In this document: positions 58,054 to 64,000 of the stretch, piece by piece
How the letters are laid out: each line of letters opens with the position of its first letter
Numbering within the stretch: position 1 is the stretch's first letter
Program-made: the position numbers and the translations under genes
Assembly: GCA_947627955.1 (NCBI GenBank)
Contig: CANQXZ010000001.1
Coordinates: forward strand, 120,477-184,476
Reading direction: 5' to 3'
DNA length: 64,000 nucleotides
From: an uncultured Clostridia bacterium
GTDB taxonomy: Bacteria; Bacillota; Clostridia; Christensenellales; Borkfalkiaceae
The notes under the pieces: model-generated
Databases searched by the model: none
Told to the model about the DNA's origin: nothing
Seen by the model: the letters and a program-made list of their open reading frames with translations, nothing else

Positions 58054-58829
58054 GATCTTTTGATTCCCCCTGAATTGTTTTGTCCACTTAGTTCATTAGA
58101 TTTTGACACACCATTCAATCCAATATCCTGCATATTGACATTGTTTCTATTTTGATTCTGTAATTTAGCATAATCTTCAGAAACTTGTTTATCAATGTCT
58201 TTTGATGGCGAAGCAGTATAATGAAATCTTTCATTAGCCTGTTTATCGTAAAGTTCTATGTATTTTACTTCTTCCTCAGAATTTACTATACCTTTGGCAC
58301 CAACATATACTGATGTACACTCCATCACATTGCCTGTGTTGGGATTTTTAATTCCATTAAATTTTTCATAAAGTTCTGGACGATCCATTTTCTTTACTTC
58401 TTTAATTTCTGTATAGAACTCTCTTTTCAACTTTCTATCGTCCATATACATACTTCCGGGAATTCGGGTTCTTTCAGTTCCTGCCCTCATATTGTAATTT
58501 TCTCTTATAACGTTTGCACGCTTTTCCCGCAAGTCATCATGCGCTTGCGATAAAATATCATCATAAGATGTTCCCTTATATGAACAAGCATAATCTCCAT
58601 GCTTGTCTTCAAAATCCATCCCTACAATCTGTCTGTTCTTGTTGTCATCATAAATCCATACTCTCGTAGCCGTGAGTACACCATCCTTGCCTGGACGAGG
58701 ATCTCTAATTGTTGTATCAATATGACCATTAGCACTCTCTATGATATTTTCATGTGAAGAACCAATGCCATTATAACTATAACAACCCATTTCGGAATCG
58801 GATAATGGTGATTCATAATAATAAGCCAT
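58050..58829 (-). CDS. hypothetical protein, translationally coupled to the TraD-like ATPase
   Basis: 259 aa with no recognisable motif. Its stop overlaps the downstream ATG (ATGA at 58050-58053). Confidence 0.6.
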   Translation of the reverse strand: MAYYYESPLSDSEMGCYSYNGIGSSHENIIESANGHIDTTIRDPRPGKDGVLTATRVWIYDDNKNRQIVGMDFEDKHGDYACSYKGTSYDDILSQAHDDLREKRANVIRENYNMRAGTERTRIPGSMYMDDRKLKREFYTEIKEVKKMDRPELYEKFNGIKNPNTGNVMECTSVYVGAKGIVNSEEEVKYIELYDKQANERFHYTASPSKDIDKQVSEDYAKLQNQNRNNVNMQDIGLNGVSKSNELSGQNNSGGIKRS

Positions 58830-58869
58830 TGCTATCCCCCTTTTTTTAATTATAAATTATAAAGAACCT

Positions 58870-61800
58870 CTACAGTTTTACCACTTCTTTAAGATGAACT
58901 AAATTTGTTTCCTCATTTAGAAATAGAGCATATTTCATATTGGCAGCAGCTGGATTTACCATTATTGAGACTTTTGCTGTATATTTTTTTGATAATAATC
59001 CTTTTTTTAAAACTATTTTATCAATACGCTCACATAGCTTACCAGCATTTTTGTTCATAGGGCGTGGATAACCTTGCATAATAAGAAGTTTTGGAATCTC
59101 AGTTGCTTTATCAGATTCGAATGTGATATTAATCTTAAATGGTTTAATTGTTGATACTACATAATCAATGCTATATAATACCGTAATAGCCTCTCTATAA
59201 TCAATTGGCGGTTCAAGCTTAATTGCAGGCGAATAAGAAATGTTCCCATCTTCTTTGAATGCAACGAAAATGGTTATATAATTTACGGTATCTGTTTTAA
59301 GCTTGATTTCAAATTTACCACTTTTAGAAAAATCTTCGACCTTATAAGAGAATTTCTCTCCACCCCCATCGATATTTTCTATGTATCGATCATGCCCAAT
59401 TCTAACAATAATAGATTGTGCCTTGGGGTGTAGTGCGCCACTTACGGTAACTGTTCCATTATTAATGGAATGCGTTAGCTTTTTAATTCCCTCAATTGTG
59501 TTAATAAGGCGCGGTGGAGATACAACAAAAAGTTGCTCTGTACTTACAATAGGATAAACATAAAATATATTGCCAGCCGATAATGAAAAAATTATTTCGC
59601 CATTCGCATTAGCTGAAGATTCTATTTGAGCCAATCCCTTGCAAATTGAGTTGAAATCTAAATACTTGAGTGGTGTATTTGTAGGAATTGATAGTTTCTT
59701 GTTAGAAACATATAACTTCACTTTCCCAGCATAACCTGTAGCGCAGGTGAATACATATCTATTTGATTCAATTGGCTCTATCCTTACATCTTCAAGTGGA
59801 GTGGCTTTTTCGTAAGGCTTAAATACCGCGCAAATTCCGCGCGACTGGACAAGTTTACCCTTTAAATCATAATTACAAATAACAAGATATGCACTTTGTC
59901 CGTCGCATTTATTATCGGTAAAACCATTTAAAGAACATTCAACCCGAACACCTTCGCCTGAACGAGTAGGTGCTATTGTGCCGCTGTTTTTCCATACATC
60001 AATTGATTTTACATTTTGAGGAGCTTCCCAAATAACCTTAATACCACCGTCAACAACTTCCTGTTGCATGTTTGAAACATCAGCAAAAATAATCGCTGAT
60101 TCGCTTGTGACTGCAATTGAAGATTTTACCCCGTACCGCTCAACAAAAACAGCATAATAATACGGTGTAGCAGATACAATATTTACATCTTCAAAAAATT
60201 TAACTGAAAGACCACAATCTACAAGGGCACCATCTTCAGCAGAGATTGGAGCAACACCTATTTTCTTGATTATAGTGTAAGAAATAAATTCCTGTTTTGC
60301 ATTATCATCCCACTCTAAACGTACCTTTCCTTTTTCAGTAGTAATACGAAGGTTGGTTACTGCTTGGGGTGGGATCTTCTGCATTATTTGGCGAGCATCA
60401 GCATTATCATCACAGATATCAATTGCTTTTGCTGCAGTTGAAATTGCAAGCGATATATTACCTTGAGCCAAATACTGTTTTGCGGCATCAACTTGTCGTT
60501 GAGCATTTTGTACAACGGCAGAAATATCTGACACCAATTTGCGTGAATTATCAATATTGTAAGTGCTATATTTTACATTTAATGATTTAGCAATAGCTAG
60601 AGCTGATTGATAACAACGCTTAGCTATCATTTGTTGAATCTTTGAAACGTCTTCTTTATACTTAGCGCCTGTCGTTTCCTCTTGTCGTACTCTTGACTGA
60701 ATAACACTCTCATATTCTGCAACTTTTTTTGCTACGGTTGAATCAGCATGAGTAGCGTAATTGGGAACAACGTTTTTTACCTCCAAAAATACCGATTGTA
60801 AATCGCTTATCTCTACCATCGGGCGACTTAAAAGTTTATCAATTTTTTCGCAACACTGATTAAACATATCGTGGGCACGATGTGTTGCACCACAAGTAGG
60901 GCAGCCTTTATCCTCTTTGGTAAAAGGTGTCTTCTGTTTGCAGTTCCAACAAATGACTTCCAAAGGTTTCCCACAATGAGGACAACTCTTTGCACCCTTT
61001 ATATATAATTTTCCGCAATCCGGATAAGGACAAAATTCAAAGTTATTACCCTCCGTTTTCCCAACAATGGTGATTTGAAAGTATTTGCATCCTATGGCGA
61101 GAATTCTTTCCGCCTCATCAATTTGAACCTTTAAAAGTGCTATAACCGTGGAAGTATAATTTTTATACTCATCCATGGTCATTTCTTTAATGCCAAAAGA
61201 CTTCCTTTTCTCAAAATCACTCCACACGTCGTTTTTGAGAACAAGATATTGATCATAAGTTCTGCGTGCCTCCTTGCTATCCAAAAGTAATTTTTTTGCT
61301 GTAGCGCAAAGTTGACTAATAGCCTGTTTCCGCTTAAGGTCATTCGTCTTACTGCTGTCGCTATACATTTTATCTGAGGCTGCTTGTATTTCAGAATTAG
61401 ACGATGTGGATTGTACTCCTAAAAAATCATATAAATCTTTTTTCCCAAGAGTATCTAATCTCTTTTCTGTCTGTTGATAATCCGAGAATGGTATACTCGC
61501 ATCAATATTATCTATAATCTTAACACCCAACCCACTTAAATAGGAAATTGCATTTAACAGTTCTGCCTCAGAAAAAAAGATTATAGGCTTATTCGCTGTA
61601 TTGCAGATATCAATTACTTCACTTTTTAAAAGGGTTTTTCTTGTTTGACAAAGAATCTCAATTACACCAACGGCTTCTTTAAGTTTATATGCTTTGGCAT
61701 CCGCAGCTTCTTTGGCGCGCCCGCCTCGCTCAGGAATGTATTTTCCTGTGGCGGCATCATAAACGGAATCATTGCACATGATTTCGATGGCGTCTGTTTT

Positions 61801-61977
61801 TAGCTCAATCAGCCTTCGAGTCAATATGTCCCCCTTGGGACTCCCGGTAACTGTTTTTATTTTTGCATCAATTTTATTCTTGTCTGTTTCAGACAGATCA
61901 ATCTTAAAAGCAATGAAATAATTATATTCGGGATTTTTCAGCTCTTCTGCAGTTCTAAAGGGGCTAACCTGTGCCAT
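58870..61977 (-). CDS. 1035-aa multidomain protein: J-domain-like segment without HPD, double zinc ribbon, helical repeat, FN3/Ig-like beta domains
   Basis: KDLYDFLGV (61440-61414) ... EARRTYDQYL follows the J-domain helix I-IV pattern, but no HPD is visible. Also CPYPDCG..CPHCG..CWNCK..CPTCG ribbons, a TPR-like AKQYLAQGNISLAIS segment, and repeated V.L.W...... segments. Confidence 0.6.
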   Translation of the reverse strand: MAQVSPFRTAEELKNPEYNYFIAFKIDLSETDKNKIDAKIKTVTGSPKGDILTRRLIELKTDAIEIMCNDSVYDAATGKYIPERGGRAKEAADAKAYKLKEAVGVIEILCQTRKTLLKSEVIDICNTANKPIIFFSEAELLNAISYLSGLGVKIIDNIDASIPFSDYQQTEKRLDTLGKKDLYDFLGVQSTSSNSEIQAASDKMYSDSSKTNDLKRKQAISQLCATAKKLLLDSKEARRTYDQYLVLKNDVWSDFEKRKSFGIKEMTMDEYKNYTSTVIALLKVQIDEAERILAIGCKYFQITIVGKTEGNNFEFCPYPDCGKLYIKGAKSCPHCGKPLEVICWNCKQKTPFTKEDKGCPTCGATHRAHDMFNQCCEKIDKLLSRPMVEISDLQSVFLEVKNVVPNYATHADSTVAKKVAEYESVIQSRVRQEETTGAKYKEDVSKIQQMIAKRCYQSALAIAKSLNVKYSTYNIDNSRKLVSDISAVVQNAQRQVDAAKQYLAQGNISLAISTAAKAIDICDDNADARQIMQKIPPQAVTNLRITTEKGKVRLEWDDNAKQEFISYTIIKKIGVAPISAEDGALVDCGLSVKFFEDVNIVSATPYYYAVFVERYGVKSSIAVTSESAIIFADVSNMQQEVVDGGIKVIWEAPQNVKSIDVWKNSGTIAPTRSGEGVRVECSLNGFTDNKCDGQSAYLVICNYDLKGKLVQSRGICAVFKPYEKATPLEDVRIEPIESNRYVFTCATGYAGKVKLYVSNKKLSIPTNTPLKYLDFNSICKGLAQIESSANANGEIIFSLSAGNIFYVYPIVSTEQLFVVSPPRLINTIEGIKKLTHSINNGTVTVSGALHPKAQSIIVRIGHDRYIENIDGGGEKFSYKVEDFSKSGKFEIKLKTDTVNYITIFVAFKEDGNISYSPAIKLEPPIDYREAITVLYSIDYVVSTIKPFKINITFESDKATEIPKLLIMQGYPRPMNKNAGKLCERIDKIVLKKGLLSKKYTAKVSIMVNPAAANMKYALFLNEETNLVHLKEVVKL

Positions 61978-62005
61978 AATATACTCCTGTTTTATTGATT
62001 AGATT

Positions 62006-64000
62006 TTACTTTAAAGAATTGCCAACGACTTCTGTCGCAATAGATGATGCCACTTCTTTAAATGTGGCAGAAAGTTGACTCAAATCAACTTTCTTCCCTT
62101 TCCCACTGGAAATGCGACTGAGAAATGCCTCATCTGCATCACCAATGCCAATACCATAAATAATAATCCCGTCAGCTTTAGCTCGATCTGCAGCGGTTTC
62201 CTCTGTTGATTGATCATTCCAATATCCATCAGTAAGAACGACAATGACTCTTGGACAATCGCGTGTAAATTTCTTGTAATTATTGTTTATTGGCGTTTCT
62301 GCATTGCAATATCCAACATCATTAACATCAACGTCATCAATTGCATGATATAAGCGTCTCTCATCATTCTCCCATTTGCATTTATATTGTGAACGATCGG
62401 CAAAACTGATAACAGAAATGAAGACTCTGTTTAAGTCAAACTCCTTCACAAAATCCTTTGCTGCGCGTCGCGCTTCTCTAATTCTATTACCACTCATACT
62501 GCCAGAAGTATCTATCATTAGCATAATCTCAATTCTGCTTTTACGTTTTGCCTCCTCCTCTGCTTCTTTCTTTTCGCGCTCTAAACGTGCTATAATCTCG
62601 CTCATAGTTTCATTAGTATTCTCACGAGTAGATGATAAAACTATGCCATTATCCAAGCAAGCATTAACTTCAACAACACCATTTGAGTTATATAAAAAAT
62701 TAACTTTAATCTTGCTCTTATTGTCTTTTGGCATGCCAGTGATTGAATAAGCACCAATAATATCACACTCGTAAGGATCGCGAGCTTCTCCTTGCAAAAC
62801 ATACACTTGCAACTTCTCGCCTGAAAAAGTATATTCCCTACTAAACGGTTCATTGACCTTACTATTTTTTCTTATAATAATACTATTAATGTAGCTTTTT
62901 TCATCGCTTGCAAGCGCAAGCATGCCGAGACTATGTGCAGTAATATCTTGAATATCGCTATTGTGAATTGTAAGCGTAATCGGAGCCGTGGGCATAGAGG
63001 TACCGCTCGACTTGGCTGAATTGGCGGATGCAGAGCTTGCAACGGTTAACGTAATGGAATTACTCACGCAGAGTTCTGCTTGCATAGCTGCGCCTGTTGC
63101 TACTATCGTATCGACATTAATATCTTTTGTAATGGGCGGACGACCATATTCTTTGATTATCATGTCCTTGACTTGAGGCATTCTTGTTGAACCACCTACC
63201 AAAACGACTTCATCAATATTATTCCACCCAAATGGACGATTCTGGGCTTCACTAATTTCATCAAAGCAACTTTTTATCAACAGAATTGTTTCATATAGAA
63301 GACTATAGGTTTGATCATTAAAATCCTCTCGGGTAACAGTATATTTACCAAGATACCCATCGCATTGGATCGTAATAATAGTTGAAGCGACTGAGGAAAG
63401 TAACTTCTTGGCTTCCTCACACTTCACCTGTAATTCTTTAAGATCTTCTTCGTGGTCATCAATACTGACACCAAATTCAGAATAAAATTTCTCTTTAACT
63501 TGATTGATAAGCGTTTCGTCCCAGTCCTTTCCGCCCAATTGATGATTTCCGTTTGTTGCAAGAACATCAATTCGTGTTCCATTTACATTAGCAACTGTTA
63601 CATCAAATGTGCCACCACCGAGATCGTAGACAAGAACATTCTTTTCCTTACCACCTGTCAAGCCATATGCGATGATTGCCGAAGTAGGTTCATTGATTAT
63701 CTTTAAGACTTTTAACCCAGCCTTCTGACCGGCCCGAATTGTTGCTTCGCGTTGTTTATCATTAAAATAGGCAGGCACTGTAATAACCGCCCCATCAATA
63801 TCAATGCTATTGGTACTCTTTATGTCTTGAATAAGGTGTGCAAGATAAAGTCCCGACAACTCCTCAGCAGAATACTCCTGCCCATTTATGAAAGCACTCC
63901 AATTAGAATCGCCCATCATACTTTTATAAAAGGCAGCTGTATTAACATTGCCTGATTTTTGTTCATTCTTTGCATCTTCACCGACCATAATGCTTCCATT
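62006..64000 (-). CDS. Hsp70 (NBD plus SBD-beta) fused to a C-terminal vWA domain; N-terminus beyond the right edge
   Basis: AVITVPAYFNDKQREAT, IINEPTSAIIAYG, VYDLGGGTFDVT (about 63635-63601) and VVLVGGSTRMPQV. An SBD-like QVYVLQGEA segment, then vWA MIDAS MIDTSGSMSG (62518-62489). The reading frame stays open (NGSI) upstream of the listed Met. Confidence 0.9.
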   Translation of the reverse strand, partial: NGSIMVGEDAKNEQKSGNVNTAAFYKSMMGDSNWSAFINGQEYSAEELSGLYLAHLIQDIKSTNSIDIDGAVITVPAYFNDKQREATIRAGQKAGLKVLKIINEPTSAIIAYGLTGGKEKNVLVYDLGGGTFDVTVANVNGTRIDVLATNGNHQLGGKDWDETLINQVKEKFYSEFGVSIDDHEEDLKELQVKCEEAKKLLSSVASTIITIQCDGYLGKYTVTREDFNDQTYSLLYETILLIKSCFDEISEAQNRPFGWNNIDEVVLVGGSTRMPQVKDMIIKEYGRPPITKDINVDTIVATGAAMQAELCVSNSITLTVASSASANSAKSSGTSMPTAPITLTIHNSDIQDITAHSLGMLALASDEKSYINSIIIRKNSKVNEPFSREYTFSGEKLQVYVLQGEARDPYECDIIGAYSITGMPKDNKSKIKVNFLYNSNGVVEVNACLDNGIVLSSTRENTNETMSEIIARLEREKKEAEEEAKRKSRIEIMLMIDTSGSMSGNRIREARRAAKDFVKEFDLNRVFISVISFADRSQYKCKWENDERRLYHAIDDVDVNDVGYCNAETPINNNYKKFTRDCPRVIVVLTDGYWNDQSTEETAADRAKADGIIIYGIGIGDADEAFLSRISSGKGKKVDLSQLSATFKEVASSIATEVVGNSLK

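Larger units (their letters stand above)
37540..64000. mobile_element. low-GC integrative (Tn916/Tn5397-family-like) element, left end and cargo; right end beyond the window
   Basis: Abrupt composition drop near 37.54-37.56 kb. Tandem large serine recombinases lie at the boundary. Sigma (orf7-like), HTH_16 (orf8-like) and KTR zinc-ribbon (orf6-like) genes are all co-oriented. Confidence 0.7.

Noticed and set aside
62006-64000. Housekeeping dnaK
   Set aside because: It has island composition and no hrcA, grpE or dnaJ neighbours. The C-terminal lid is replaced by a vWA domain.
37540-64000. Prophage interpretation of the low-GC island
   Set aside because: No terminase, portal, capsid, tail, holin or lysin candidates appear in 26 kb. 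The regulators resemble conjugative-transposon genes rather than phage genes.
1-64000. CRISPR arrays, rRNA or tRNA genes, IS elements with terminal inverted repeats
   Set aside because: I found no regularly spaced direct repeats, no cloverleaf-like or rRNA-like segments in the intergenic regions, and no transposase-like ORFs other than the serine recombinases.

Overview
This 64-kb window comes from a spore-forming, fairly GC-rich Clostridia-type chromosome, with nearly all genes on the minus strand. All calls rest on reading the sequence and ORF translations by eye; no searches, folding or statistics were run.

**Core genome (1 to about 37.5 kb).** This part is ordinary: thrS (partial, behind a T-box leader), leuS, an orphan ACP, tex, DNA-repair genes (alkylation repair, UDG-family glycosylase, mutS2, uvrC), M16 peptidase, polysaccharide deacetylase, U32 peptidase, Cof phosphatase, a secreted pectate lyase with InlB B-repeats, a copA-ArsR pair, asparaginase, asnS, rpmF-yceD-ackA-pta, tmcAL, rluB, two S11 D,D-carboxypeptidases, ytfJ, scpAB, an M50 protease, lysA and a SpoIIM-like protein.

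Small oddities here:
- a low-GC XRE/membrane-protein cassette at 3.0-3.8 kb
- a near-consensus copA promoter buried in a perfect 19-bp inverted repeat

**Mobile island (about 37.5 kb to the right edge, boundary not reached).** Composition drops sharply, by eye from mid-50s to low-30s %GC.
- The left end is a recombination and regulation module: a nucleophile-less mini-resolvase, two translationally coupled large serine recombinases, small regulators, and Tn916 orf8-like, orf7-like and orf6-like genes.
- The slot that holds tet(M) in Tn916-family elements is filled by a 16-gene minus-strand operon of at least 20 kb (43,541 to beyond 64,000).

The operon encodes, in transcription order:
- an Hsp70-vWA fusion
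- a 1035-aa protein with a J-like domain, zinc ribbons and FN3-like repeats
- an unknown protein
- an intact plus a degenerate TraD/VirD4-like ATPase
- a coiled-coil protein
- a zinc-ribbon GTPase
- an 894-aa GAP1-like helical protein
- a small membrane protein
- two paralogous membrane-anchored zinc-ribbon GTPases flanking a GLUG-repeat surface protein
- a transglutaminase-like protease
- two more membrane proteins
- a KTR zinc-ribbon protein

I recognise no named defence system here. The operon is the prime candidate for an undescribed NTPase-rich conflict or defence system.
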